Source of the DNA: Actinomycetota bacterium
Lineage (GTDB): Bacteria > Actinomycetota > Acidimicrobiia > Acidimicrobiales > SZUA-35
Reading direction: 5' to 3'
DNA length: 64,000 nucleotides
Assembly: GCA_039201605.1 (NCBI GenBank)
Contig: JBCCRO010000004.1
Coordinates: forward strand, 53,327-117,326
Each line of letters starts with the position of its first letter. The stretch's first letter is position 1. This document shows positions 8,629 to 17,481 of the stretch, one piece after another. A program made the position numbers and the translations under genes. Below the pieces are notes generated by a model. The model was not told the DNA's origin, ran no database searches, and worked only from the letters and a program-made list of their open reading frames with translations.

Positions 8629-10089
8629 CTAGGAATCGGCGTCGATCGGCTCCAGCGGATCCAGATCCTCGATGACGGGTTCGCCCGGATAGTCGGTGAT
8701 GGCGACCACGAACGGGTCCTGGAGCTCGCGCACCTCGGTGTTGGCGATGATCAGCTCGTCGTTGGCCACGTAGGCGAAGGTCAGCCACTGCTCGGGGTCG
8801 GTCACCGAGCGGACGTAGCCCGAGAGCGCCGTCGAGTCGTTGAGGGTGCCGGTCTTGGCGTAGACGTCGCCGGCCGCCGTCGACTCGACGAAGCGGAGAA
8901 GCAGGCTGCCCCGCTCGGCGCCGATCGCGAGCGATCGGGCGAAGTCCGAATCGGGACCGGCGGCGGCGAGCACGGCGGCGATGGCGGCGCAGGTGACCCG
9001 GTTGGTGTCGGCCAGGCCGGAGCCGTCCTCGAGCAACAGCCCGTCGGTCGGCACACCGTCGGTGCGGAGCAGGTCGAGCATCACCCCGCTGCCGGCCACG
9101 GTCGAGCCCTCGCCCGCCCCGAACAGCCCGATGCGCTTGAGGAGGAGCTCGGCGCCGTAGTTGGAGCTGTAGCTGTTGACGTGGGTGACGATCTCCACAA
9201 GGTTCGGCGACGAGATGGCGGCGACCTCGGTGGTGCCCGGCGGGGTCACCCCGGTGGCCGGACCACCCTCGATCTGAACCCCCCGCTCGGCCAGGAGCTG
9301 GTTGAGGACGGCCACCGCGTCCAGGGCGGGGTCCGACGACGGCGAGCGGCCCCGGGCCACGCCGTTGGTGTCGCTGGGCCAGTCGTTGAAACCCTCGTTG
9401 ACGGCGAGGGCCGACAGCGGCCCCGACTGTTGCTGGATCAGGATCCGCTCGGCCCACGGCCCGGCCCGGACCGTGTCGTACAACGACTCGTCGCCGATGA
9501 GGCTGCCCGTCACCGTCACCACGCCGGTGGCGGCGATGTCGTCGGCCAGATCCTCCAACCGGGTGTGGAACCGGCCGTCGGTCTCCTCGTACTGCTCCCA
9601 CCAGTTCTCGGTGGTCAGGTACGGGTCGCCGTCGCCGATCACGTAGAGGTTGCCGTCGAGCACGCCCCCGGCCACGGCCCCGTCGGCCCGGACCTCGGTG
9701 GTGAAGGTGAAATCGGAGCCGAGCAGTTCGAGCGCAGCGTAGGTGGTGAACAGCTTCTGGTTGGACGCCGGGAGGAGCTGGGTCCGGGTGTTCGACGTCG
9801 GCTCCAGCACGCGGTCGCCGGTCTGCACCTGGAGGCAGGTGGCCTCGGGCGAGGCGTCGATCATCGCCTGCAGGACGGGCGCGATCTCGGCGTCGACCAC
9901 GGGGGCCTGCAGGGTGAGCGGGGCCCGGCGGCCCGACAACAGCGGTGTGCCCGGGACCTGCTCGTAGACGATGTCCTCGGTGCTGACCACGTCGGTGTCG
10001 CGATCGAGGGCGGCTCGGTAGGAGCCGAAGGCCACGAGGGCCAGCACGACGGCCAGCCCCCAGACGCGCACCGCCCGCCCGACGTTCAC
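8629..10089 (-). CDS. dacB: D-alanyl-D-alanine carboxypeptidase/endopeptidase (PBP4, peptidase S13)
   Basis: It has the SxxK motif (PASNQKLFT), [11 protein letters not shown] and [15 protein letters not shown] moved the start to GTG at 10089 ([21 protein letters not shown], a signal/anchor sequence), which forms a GTGA overlap with the TetR stop. The upstream part of the 686-aa track ORF is spurious. Confidence 0.88.
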   Translation of the reverse strand: MNVGRAVRVWGLAVVLALVAFGSYRAALDRDTDVVSTEDIVYEQVPGTPLLSGRRAPLTLQAPVVDAEIAPVLQAMIDASPEATCLQVQTGDRVLEPTSNTRTQLLPASNQKLFTTYAALELLGSDFTFTTEVRADGAVAGGVLDGNLYVIGDGDPYLTTENWWEQYEETDGRFHTRLEDLADDIAATGVVTVTGSLIGDESLYDTVRAGPWAERILIQQQSGPLSALAVNEGFNDWPSDTNGVARGRSPSSDPALDAVAVLNQLLAERGVQIEGGPATGVTPPGTTEVAAISSPNLVEIVTHVNSYSSNYGAELLLKRIGLFGAGEGSTVAGSGVMLDLLRTDGVPTDGLLLEDGSGLADTNRVTCAAIAAVLAAAGPDSDFARSLAIGAERGSLLLRFVESTAAGDVYAKTGTLNDSTALSGYVRSVTDPEQWLTFAYVANDELIIANTEVRELQDPFVVAITDYPGEPVIEDLDPLEPIDADS

Positions 10090-10727
10090 GACGAGGAGCC
10101 TCCGGCCGCCGCATCGGGGGCGGCACCGGTGATCGATTCGATCGGCTCGAGGGCCGACCGCACGAAATCGCGGAAGTGGCGGAGCCGGGCGTCCAGCTGC
10201 TCCTCGGCCAGCGGGTCGCGCCCGAGCAATCCGACCAACATGAAGTGGTCGGAGAAGTACGTGAGCAACGCCCCGTAGCCGGTGACGACCAGGTTCTCGG
10301 CGTCGTGGCGGCGGAAGCGTCCCGCCTCCATCTCCCGCTCGAAGAAGGCGACCGAGCGAATGAAGTACGGCCGGAGGGCGATGCCGAGGTCGAAACCGAG
10401 GTGGCCCTTGTCGGTGAGCGCCTCCCGGCGGACGATGCGGACGATCTCGGGGTTGTGACGGAAGAAGTCGAAGCTGGCCTCCAGCACCGCTTCGACCACG
10501 GTCCAGCCGTCTGGGCTGGAGCCGATCTCGCTGATCCTCTTTCCCCAGTCGTCGAGGGCGTCCTGCAGGATCTGCTGGTAGATCGCCTCCTTCGAGGGGA
10601 AGTAGTGCATGAGGCTGGGGCGTCGGATCCCGACGCCGGCGGCGATGTCGTTGAGCGACGTTCCCTCGTAGCCCTGATTGGCGAAGCACGACCTGGCCTC
10701 GCGCAGAATGAGTTCCCTCGTAGGCAT
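10086..10727 (-). CDS. TetR/AcrR family transcriptional regulator
   Basis: The N-terminal HTH is [51 protein letters not shown] moved the start to the ATG at 10727. Confidence 0.9.
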   Translation of the reverse strand: MPTRELILREARSCFANQGYEGTSLNDIAAGVGIRRPSLMHYFPSKEAIYQQILQDALDDWGKRISEIGSSPDGWTVVEAVLEASFDFFRHNPEIVRIVRREALTDKGHLGFDLGIALRPYFIRSVAFFEREMEAGRFRRHDAENLVVTGYGALLTYFSDHFMLVGLLGRDPLAEEQLDARLRHFRDFVRSALEPIESITGAAPDAAAGGSSS

Positions 10728-10786
10728 GTCAGCCACGACTAGCAAACTAGTCTGATCGCTCCCCACTTCCGGCCATGAGGACCACC

Positions 10787-11194
10787 ATGAAGATCATTGC
10801 CGCCATGTTCATGGACGACATCCAGTTGCGTCCTGTTCCCGGCCCGTCGACCCGCATCGACCTGACCGGCATCCAGTTCTCCGCCCCCGCTCCGGCCCCG
10901 GTGCCGGTGACGATGGCACCCCACCTGGTGGTGCTGGTGTGGAACCCACCCGACGGCAAGAACACCGCCGCTCTGGAGGTGGTGTTCACCACCGGTCACG
11001 ACCTGGAGGCCCCCGAGGGCGAGCCCCTGGCCCGCAACGTGCAGCCGCTGCAGATCGAGCCGGGCCTGTTCAACTACCGCCTCGTGCGGCCGGAGCTGTC
11101 GTTCACCGAGTACGGCCCGGTCATGGCCCGATGCCGGATCGACGACGGTCCCGAGCATCTGGTGCCCTACACCCTGCTCAGTCCGGTCGAATGA
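10787..11194 (+). CDS. Hypothetical protein with no recognised motif
   Basis: The ORF starts [20 protein letters not shown] and follows a GAGGA ribosome-binding site. It is divergent from the TetR gene, and its stop overlaps the FIST gene start in an ATGA. Confidence 0.55.
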   Translation: MKIIAAMFMDDIQLRPVPGPSTRIDLTGIQFSAPAPAPVPVTMAPHLVVLVWNPPDGKNTAALEVVFTTGHDLEAPEGEPLARNVQPLQIEPGLFNYRLVRPELSFTEYGPVMARCRIDDGPEHLVPYTLLSPVE

Positions 11195-12399
11195 TCGACC
11201 CGGCGGGTTTCGGGCCCTCGACCGAGGTCGGCTTCGCCGCCGCTGCGTCCCGCCACCCGGAGGCGGCGGTGGCCACCGCCGAGGTGATCGGAGCGATCGA
11301 GGAGCGTCTCGGAGGCCCGCCGTCGCTGGTCGTGCTGTTCGCCTCGGGTGCGATGGTCGAACCGCTGGCGGAGGTCGTCGATGCCGTCCAGACCCTGCTC
11401 AACCCCGATGTGCTCGTCGGCGGCACCGCCGTCGGGGTGCTGGCCGGCGGTGAGGAGATCGAGCAGGGTGACGCCCTGGCCGCCTGGGCCGCAACCGGCG
11501 TGCGAGCCCAGCCGGTCCGCCTCCAGGGCCTGCCGGGCCCGCTGGTGGCCGGGGTCCCCCGCACATTGGCGCCCGGTTCCACCCTGGCCGTCCTGGCCGA
11601 CCCCTACACCCTGGCCGTCGACGCCCTGTTCGAGCAGGTGGCCGCCGACCAGCCCTCGGTCGCCATCGTGGGTGGCTTGGCCTCGGCGCCGGGCGGCCAC
11701 GGGTCCAACCGCCTGATCCTCGACGACACGATCTACGACGACGGCGCCGTCGGCTTCATCCTCGAACCGGGCGTGGCCCGCCCCGTGGTCAGCCAGGGCT
11801 GTCGGCCGATCGGCGAGCCGTGGGTGATCACCGAGGCCGAGGGCCAGCTGGTGCGGGCCCTCGGCGGTCGTCCCGCCTTGGAGCGACTGACCGAGCTGAT
11901 CGAAGCCCTGCCCGAGGAGGATCGGGCCGCCGCCGCCCGGGGCCTCCACGCCGGGCTGGTGGCCAACCACCATCGGGAGCGGTTCGACCAGGGTGACTTC
12001 CTCATCCGGGCCGTCCTCGGCGCCGACCGCAACAGCGGTGCGGTGGCGATCGGGGATCGGGTCGAGATCGGCCAGGTGCTGCAGTTCCAGGTGCGAGACG
12101 CCGACTCGGCCGACCGGGAACTCGCCCGGCTGCTGGGCTCGGAGCCGGCCGAGGCCGCCCTCGTGTTCACCTGCAACGGCCGGGGGACGCACATGTTCGC
12201 CGAGCCGCACCACGATGCCGCCCTGATCTCCGAGGTCTACGGGCCGGCGGTGGCCGGGATGTTCTGTGCCGGGGAGCTGGGTCCGATCGCCGACCGCAAC
12301 GCCGTGCACGGGTTCACGGCGACCGTCCTGGCCTTCGGCGGTGAGCCTGCCGGTGATCACGGCCCTCCCCCGGTGTCCGACGCCCCCGAACCCACCTGA
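11191..12399 (+). CDS. FIST N/C domain sensor-like protein
   Basis: The sequence [20 protein letters not shown]...SLVVLFASG...GGTAVGVL...LVFTCNGRG...MFCAGELGP is typical of FIST_N plus FIST_C. I moved the start to the ATG at 11191. Confidence 0.75.
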   Translation: MIDPAGFGPSTEVGFAAAASRHPEAAVATAEVIGAIEERLGGPPSLVVLFASGAMVEPLAEVVDAVQTLLNPDVLVGGTAVGVLAGGEEIEQGDALAAWAATGVRAQPVRLQGLPGPLVAGVPRTLAPGSTLAVLADPYTLAVDALFEQVAADQPSVAIVGGLASAPGGHGSNRLILDDTIYDDGAVGFILEPGVARPVVSQGCRPIGEPWVITEAEGQLVRALGGRPALERLTELIEALPEEDRAAAARGLHAGLVANHHRERFDQGDFLIRAVLGADRNSGAVAIGDRVEIGQVLQFQVRDADSADRELARLLGSEPAEAALVFTCNGRGTHMFAEPHHDAALISEVYGPAVAGMFCAGELGPIADRNAVHGFTATVLAFGGEPAGDHGPPPVSDAPEPT

Positions 12400-12433
12400 C
12401 CCCACCCGTCCCCAGCCTCCCGGACCTCTTCCC

Positions 12434-12455
12434 TATATATGTAGAGAAAGAACTC
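12434..12455 (+). promoter_or_regulatory. AT-rich island (tatatatgtagagaaagaac) upstream of tkt. Candidate promoter -10 region.
   Basis: This is one of the few strongly AT-rich stretches in the window. It lies about 90-110 nt upstream of the tkt start and contains TANNNT-type hexamers. I identified no -35 element. Confidence 0.25.
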
Positions 12456-12541
12456 ACGGACCGGGTGTCGACCGGCTACCGTTGACGCGGCCGTTCGGCG
12501 CCGGCGCCGCCCTGCGCCCCGATCACTGGGAGCCAAACGCT

Positions 12542-14530
12542 TTGACCACCGCATCCGAGTCCGAGCTCGACGTCGATCTGGAAAAGATCGGCATCAACGT
12601 GATCCGGGCGTTGGCACTCGACGCCGTCCACCAGGCGAAATCCGGCCACCAGGGCACGGCCATGGCCCTGGCACCCCTGGCCCACGTGCTCTTCACCCGG
12701 GTCATGCGCTACGACGCCACCGACCCCTCCTGGCCCGACCGCGACCGGTTCGTCCTGTCCGCCGGGCACGCCTCGATGCTCCTCTACTCGATGCTCCACC
12801 TCACCGGTCAGGGCCTCGGGACCGACGACCTCCAGGCCTTCCGCCAGTGGGATTCCGCAACCCCCGGTCACCCCGAGGCCGGCCACACCGCCGGGGTCGA
12901 GGTCACCACCGGGCCGCTGGGTCAGGGCCTGGCCAACTCGGTCGGCCTCGCCATCGCCGAGCGTCGGCTTCGGGCCGACTTCGGCGACGACATCTGCAGC
13001 CACAACATCGTCGTCATCGCCGGCGACGGCGACCTGGCCGAGGGCGTGAGCCACGAGGCCGCATCGCTCGCCGGTCACCTCGGCCTCGGCCGACTGGTCG
13101 TGATCTACGACGACAACCGGGTGACCATCGACGGCGAGACCGATCTCGCCCTGAGCGACGACGCCGCCGCCCGCTTCGCCGCCTACGGGTGGGACGTCAA
13201 CAACCTGGGCGAGCAGGCCGAGGATCTCGACGCCCTCGAGTCGGCCCTGAACCGGGCCAAGGCGGTCGAGGATCGCCCCAGCCTGATCATCATCCGCAGC
13301 CGCATCGGCTTCCCCTCCCCCGGGCTCACCGACAACCCCAAGGCCCACGGCAACCCCTTCGACGACGACGAGATCGCCGCCACCAAGGCGGTGATGGGGC
13401 TCCCCACCGACGAGACCTTCCACGTGCCCGACGCCGTACGCGACCTCTACCGGACGGCCGGGGCCCGAGGGGCCGCCGATCACGCCGCCTGGCAGCAGCG
13501 GCTCGACGAGCTGGGCGACAGGCGGGCCGCCTGGGACGCGGCGCAGGCCGGCACCGGCCTCGCCGGGTGGGTCGACGCCCTGCCCGTCTTCGAGCCCGAC
13601 GACTCGATCGCCACCCGCAAAGCGTCGCAGCAGTGCGTCACCGCCCTGGGCCCCGTCGTCCCCGCCTTCACCGGCGGCTCGGCCGACCTCACCGGCAACA
13701 CCGGCACCAAAATCGACGACGTCGCCCACTCGGCGGCCGAGCCCCACGGTCGGCAGGTCTACTTCGGGGTCCGGGAGCACGCCATGGGTTCGGCCCTGGT
13801 CGGCGCCGCCCTCCACGGCGGAGTGATCCCCTTCGGCGGCACCTTCCTGGTGTTCGCCGACTACATGCGACCCGCCCTCCGCCTGGCCGCCATGAGCCAC
13901 GCCAAGGCGGTGTTCGTCTTCACCCACGACTCGGTCGGCGTCGGCGAGGACGGCCCGACCCACCAGCCGATCGAGCAGGTGATGTCGCTGCGAGCCATCC
14001 CCGGTCTCAACGTCATCCGCCCCGCCGACGCCACCGAGGTGGCCGGCGCCTGGAAGACGGCGCTGGAGACCGACGGCCCAACCGCCCTCATCCTCAGCCG
14101 CCAGAACCTGCCCGTGCTCGCCGCCACCACCAGGGACGGCGTGGCCCATGGCGCCTACGCCCTCAACAGCGTGGTCGACCCCGACGTGATCCTGATCGGC
14201 ACCGGCAGCGAGGTCAGCCTCTGCGTCGAGGCCGAGACCCGGCTGGCCGAACAGGGCATCGCCGCCCGCGTGGTGTCGATGCCGTGCTGGGAGCGGTTCG
14301 CCGCCCTGTCGCCCACCGCCCAGGCGGCCGTGATCGACCCCGGCGTACCGGCGGTCTCGATCGAGGCCGGCGTCACCCTCGGGTGGGATCGCTACGCCTC
14401 GACCACCCTCGGCATCGACCGGTTCGGGGCCTCAGCCCCCGGCTCCCGGGTGATGCAGGAGCTGGGTATGACCGCCGACAACGTCGTCGCCGCCGCCCAG
14501 GAACTGGTCGACATCGACCAGGGTTCCTGA
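12542..14530 (+). CDS. tkt: Transketolase
   Basis: INVIRALALDAVHQAKSGHQGTAMALAPLAHVLF..., a GDGDLAEG motif and THDSVGVGEDGPTHQPIE. I moved the start to TTG at 12542, preceded by GGGAG at 12527-12531. The upstream 92 aa of the track ORF are Pro/Arg-rich junk. Confidence 0.93.
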   Translation: MTTASESELDVDLEKIGINVIRALALDAVHQAKSGHQGTAMALAPLAHVLFTRVMRYDATDPSWPDRDRFVLSAGHASMLLYSMLHLTGQGLGTDDLQAFRQWDSATPGHPEAGHTAGVEVTTGPLGQGLANSVGLAIAERRLRADFGDDICSHNIVVIAGDGDLAEGVSHEAASLAGHLGLGRLVVIYDDNRVTIDGETDLALSDDAAARFAAYGWDVNNLGEQAEDLDALESALNRAKAVEDRPSLIIIRSRIGFPSPGLTDNPKAHGNPFDDDEIAATKAVMGLPTDETFHVPDAVRDLYRTAGARGAADHAAWQQRLDELGDRRAAWDAAQAGTGLAGWVDALPVFEPDDSIATRKASQQCVTALGPVVPAFTGGSADLTGNTGTKIDDVAHSAAEPHGRQVYFGVREHAMGSALVGAALHGGVIPFGGTFLVFADYMRPALRLAAMSHAKAVFVFTHDSVGVGEDGPTHQPIEQVMSLRAIPGLNVIRPADATEVAGAWKTALETDGPTALILSRQNLPVLAATTRDGVAHGAYALNSVVDPDVILIGTGSEVSLCVEAETRLAEQGIAARVVSMPCWERFAALSPTAQAAVIDPGVPAVSIEAGVTLGWDRYASTTLGIDRFGASAPGSRVMQELGMTADNVVAAAQELVDIDQGS

Positions 14531-14583
14531 ACCAACCCCCCCCAACCGACACGTACGGCAACGGCCGAGACGAGGAGTCACCG

Positions 14584-15675
14584 ATGTCCCGACTGCATCA
14601 ACTGTTCGACGAGCAGGGCCAGAGCCCCTGGCTCGACAACCTTCGCCGGGGCTGGATCGCCTCGGGTGAACTGAAGGCCTGGGTGGACCGCGGGGTCCGG
14701 GGCCTGACGTCGAACCCGACGATCTTCGCCAAGGCCATGATCGAGACCGACGACTACGACGCCGACCTTGCCTCTCTGGTCGGCGGTGGTTCCTCCGTCA
14801 CCGAGGCCTACTGGGATCTGGTGGTGGCCGACATCGAGGGCGCCCTGGCCGTACTGCGCCCGGTCCACGACGCCTCGGGCGGTGAGGACGGCTACGTCTC
14901 GGTCGAGGTGTCGCCCAACCTGGCCCACGACGAGGCGGGGACGGTGGAGGCCGCCCGCGTGCTCGACGATCGGATCGAGGCCCCCAACCTCTACATCAAG
15001 GTGCCGGCCACGGCCGAGGGCGTCGGGGCCATCCAGACGTTGATCGGCGAGCGGCGCTCGGTCAACGTGACCCTGATCTTCAGCCTCGTCCGCTACGCCG
15101 AGGTCATGGAGGCCTACCTGGCCGGTCTCGAAGCGGCCGAGGGTGACCTGTCGTCGATCTCGTCGGTCGCCTCGTTCTTCGTCAGCCGGGTCGACGTCGA
15201 GGTCGACAAGCGGCTCGAGGGGATCGGCACCGACGCCGCGCTCGCGCTGCGGGGCAAGGCCGCCGTTGCCCAGGCCCAGATGGCCTACAAGCTCTTCACC
15301 GACACCTTCAGCGGCCCCCGGTGGGAGGCGCTCGCCGCCCGGGGCGCCCGGGTGCAGCGACCCCTGTGGGCCTCGACGTCGACCAAGAACCCCGAGTACC
15401 CCGACACGCTCTACGTCGACACCCTGATCGGACCCGACACCGTCAACACCCTTCCCGACGGCACGCTCCTCGCCTTCGAGGACCACGGCACCGTGGCCCG
15501 CACCGTCGACGCCGACCAGGACGGCGCCGCCCAGGTGCTGGCCTCGCTGGCCGAGGTCGGCATCGACATGGAAGAGGTGGCGGCCCAGCTGGAGAAGGAG
15601 GGCGTGGCCTCGTTCGCCTCCAGCTTCGACGACGTGCTCGCCACCCTGGCCGAGCGGGCCGGCTCCCTCACCTGA
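14584..15675 (+). CDS. tal: Transaldolase (actinobacterial long type)
   Basis: MSRLHQLFDEQGQSPWLDNLRR...GLTSNPTIF...YVSVEVSP...NLYIKVPAT...NVTLIFS. The start is the ATG at 14584. The 942-aa track ORF is an out-of-gene extension. Confidence 0.93.
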   Translation: MSRLHQLFDEQGQSPWLDNLRRGWIASGELKAWVDRGVRGLTSNPTIFAKAMIETDDYDADLASLVGGGSSVTEAYWDLVVADIEGALAVLRPVHDASGGEDGYVSVEVSPNLAHDEAGTVEAARVLDDRIEAPNLYIKVPATAEGVGAIQTLIGERRSVNVTLIFSLVRYAEVMEAYLAGLEAAEGDLSSISSVASFFVSRVDVEVDKRLEGIGTDAALALRGKAAVAQAQMAYKLFTDTFSGPRWEALAARGARVQRPLWASTSTKNPEYPDTLYVDTLIGPDTVNTLPDGTLLAFEDHGTVARTVDADQDGAAQVLASLAEVGIDMEEVAAQLEKEGVASFASSFDDVLATLAERAGSLT

Positions 15676-15758
15676 TCCAGCTCAGTTGAGCCGGCCGGGT
15701 TGTCTGATCCAGCTCAGTTGAGCTGGCTGGGTTGTCTGATCCAGCTCAGTTGAGCTGG
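15672..15758. repeat. Tandem 32-bp repeat (2 full copies plus a 23-nt partial copy). Each copy carries the hairpin CCAGCTCA-GT-TGAGCTGG.
   Basis: Units lie at 15672-15703, 15704-15735 and 15736-15758 (ctgatccagctcagttgagcYggcYgggttgt). Unit 1 contains the tal stop (15673-15675). Unit 3 contains the stop and last 4 codons of the convergent CBM gene (15746-). Confidence 0.9.
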
Positions 15759-16762
15759 ATGTAGTCCAGGTTGACCCAGCCGGTGTCGCCGGGGGCCCAC
15801 AGGAGCGAGATGACGTTGTCGCCCTCCACCAGGTCCACCTCACCGCCGACGACGGCCCAGTCCGACCAGCTCGCCGTCACCGCCATCTGGGCGGTGTTGG
15901 CGGGCTCGCCGTTGACCACGACGGTCAGGGTGCGAAGGTCGGCCGGGCCGTTGTTGCCGGCGGCGTAACGCACCATGAAGGGTGTGGCCCCGCCCTGGGG
16001 CGCGGTCACGGTCAGGGTCACGCCGCTGCCCTCGGTGAAGATGTCGCCGACGAAGCCGGTACCGGAGTGGCCCTCGTGATCCGATCGGGCGGTGGCGGCG
16101 CCGAGCAGGGTCCCCGACTCCGCTTCGACCCGAACCACGATCGGGGGCCCCGTCGCCGACGTCGTACTGGAGCCGTCATCGACCGTTGTCGTGGTGGTGG
16201 GCGCCGTCGTCGTGGTCGTCGGGGCCTCGGTCGTCGTCGGGGCCGTGGTGGCCGACGTCGCCCCGGGGGCCGTGGTGGGGGCGGTTGCCGCGGTGGTGGG
16301 TGCCGTCGGACCCGTCGTCGGGTCGTCGGGCACCGGGACCGAGGCCCCGTCCGTCGGCGGCGTCGTGACCGTCACCCCGGTGGGAGGGGCCGAGGCCGAG
16401 GCCGAGGCCCCGGACTCGCCGACGACGGTCGAGCCGCCGACGCCACCCTGCGGTCGGTCACCGGTCACCGGTGGATTGTCGAACACCCGGGCGTCGGTGG
16501 TGTCGGTCTGGCCGTCTCCCTCGGCGTCGCCCACCGCGGTGCCGGGCCCGGCCGGCGCCGTGTCGTCGCCCTCGACCGCCCCGGCCCCCAAGGCGGAGGT
16601 GCTTTCGTCGTCGCGCTCGGCACTGGAGACGGCGAGGGTGAAGGCCACCGCCACGGTGACGGTGATGACCGACGCCAGTGCGATCCGGACCGGGGCCCGC
16701 CAGGCGGTCATCGTCTCGAGTATCTGCTCGGCCGGGCTTCCCGACCGACGGAAGCGGGCCAT
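15746..16762 (-). CDS. Membrane-anchored protein with a Thr/Pro-rich linker and a C-terminal CBM6/CBM35-like carbohydrate-binding module. No catalytic domain.
   Basis: The TM helix is VRIALASVITVTVAVAFTLAV. The T/P low-complexity linker ([14 protein letters not shown]...TTTTTAPTTTTT) is encoded at about 16142-16390. The C-terminal 130 aa, VRVEAESGTL...GTGFVGDI...RYAAGNNG...WVNLDYIQLN, are typical of CBM6/35. The start is uncertain, either ATG at 16762 or at 16711. Confidence 0.7.
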   Translation of the reverse strand: MARFRRSGSPAEQILETMTAWRAPVRIALASVITVTVAVAFTLAVSSAERDDESTSALGAGAVEGDDTAPAGPGTAVGDAEGDGQTDTTDARVFDNPPVTGDRPQGGVGGSTVVGESGASASASAPPTGVTVTTPPTDGASVPVPDDPTTGPTAPTTAATAPTTAPGATSATTAPTTTEAPTTTTTAPTTTTTVDDGSSTTSATGPPIVVRVEAESGTLLGAATARSDHEGHSGTGFVGDIFTEGSGVTLTVTAPQGGATPFMVRYAAGNNGPADLRTLTVVVNGEPANTAQMAVTASWSDWAVVGGEVDLVEGDNVISLLWAPGDTGWVNLDYIQLN

Positions 16763-16983
16763 GGCGACGGACAGGGCGCGCTGGGGGGACGACGGCGCGG
16801 AAGCGTCGTCGGCGCGGACGTCATCGTCGGAGGTCGTCGGGGGTCGACCTGTCACCGGCGTCAACGATAGCCCGCACGGCTCCTCGCTTCGGTCCGGTCG
16901 GGTTGCCCTGCGCAGGTCTGCCCAAGGGTGCGCTGATCCGGGGTGAGTTGCAAAAAGAAACCGACTCACCTAGCTTTCCTCCG

Positions 16984-17481
16984 ATGGCGGGGCCCGACCA
17001 GATCGACACGACCGTCGACCGGACGCGCCCGGCGTCGGACCTGGACGCCGACGCCTGCTCGATCGCCGCCACATTGGCCGTGATCGGCGACCGATGGACG
17101 CTGCTGATCCTGCGGGACGTGTTTCGCGGGGTTCGCCGCTTCGGCCAGCTGCAGGAGGATCTCGGCATCGCCAAGAACCTCTTGGCCGACCGACTGGCCA
17201 AACTGGTCGAGCGCGGAGTGCTGGAGCGGGTGCCCTATCAGGAACGACCCGTTCGCTACGAGTACCGGCTCACGGCCAAAGGGGCCGACCTCAGTACGGC
17301 CCTGATCGCCCTCATGGGTTGGGGCGATCGCTGGTACGCCAAGGACGGCGCCCCCACCGTCCTGATCCACCAGGCCTGTGGGACCCCGATCGAGCAGTCG
17401 GTCCGGTGCCCCCGATGCGATGAACCCGTCAACCCCGGGAAGATCAAGAGTCGACCCGGCCCGGGAAGGAGTACCCCATGA
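16984..17481 (+). CDS. HxlR family transcriptional regulator
   Basis: CSIAATLAVIGDRWTLLILRDVFRGVRRFGQLQEDLGIAKNLLADRLAKLVERGVLERVPYQERPVRYEYRLTAKG. The start is the ATG at 16984, and the stop overlaps the fbiC start in an ATGA. Confidence 0.9.
   Translation: MAGPDQIDTTVDRTRPASDLDADACSIAATLAVIGDRWTLLILRDVFRGVRRFGQLQEDLGIAKNLLADRLAKLVERGVLERVPYQERPVRYEYRLTAKGADLSTALIALMGWGDRWYAKDGAPTVLIHQACGTPIEQSVRCPRCDEPVNPGKIKSRPGPGRSTP

Noticed and set aside
12847-14583. Long N-terminal extensions of track ORFs, for example transaldolase at 942 aa, transketolase at 754 aa, TrmI at 467 aa, PBP4 at 686 aa, MobA at 353 aa and the flavodoxin-like protein at 264 aa.
   Set aside because: The extensions are Arg/Pro-rich, overlap the upstream genes, and precede clear family N-termini that have in-frame starts and a ribosome-binding site or a 4-nt overlap. 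I trimmed the starts accordingly.
15672-15758. Whether the 32-bp tandem repeat could be a CRISPR array.
   Set aside because: There are only about 2.7 directly abutting copies, with no spacers and no cas genes. The copies are contiguous duplications of the gene ends.
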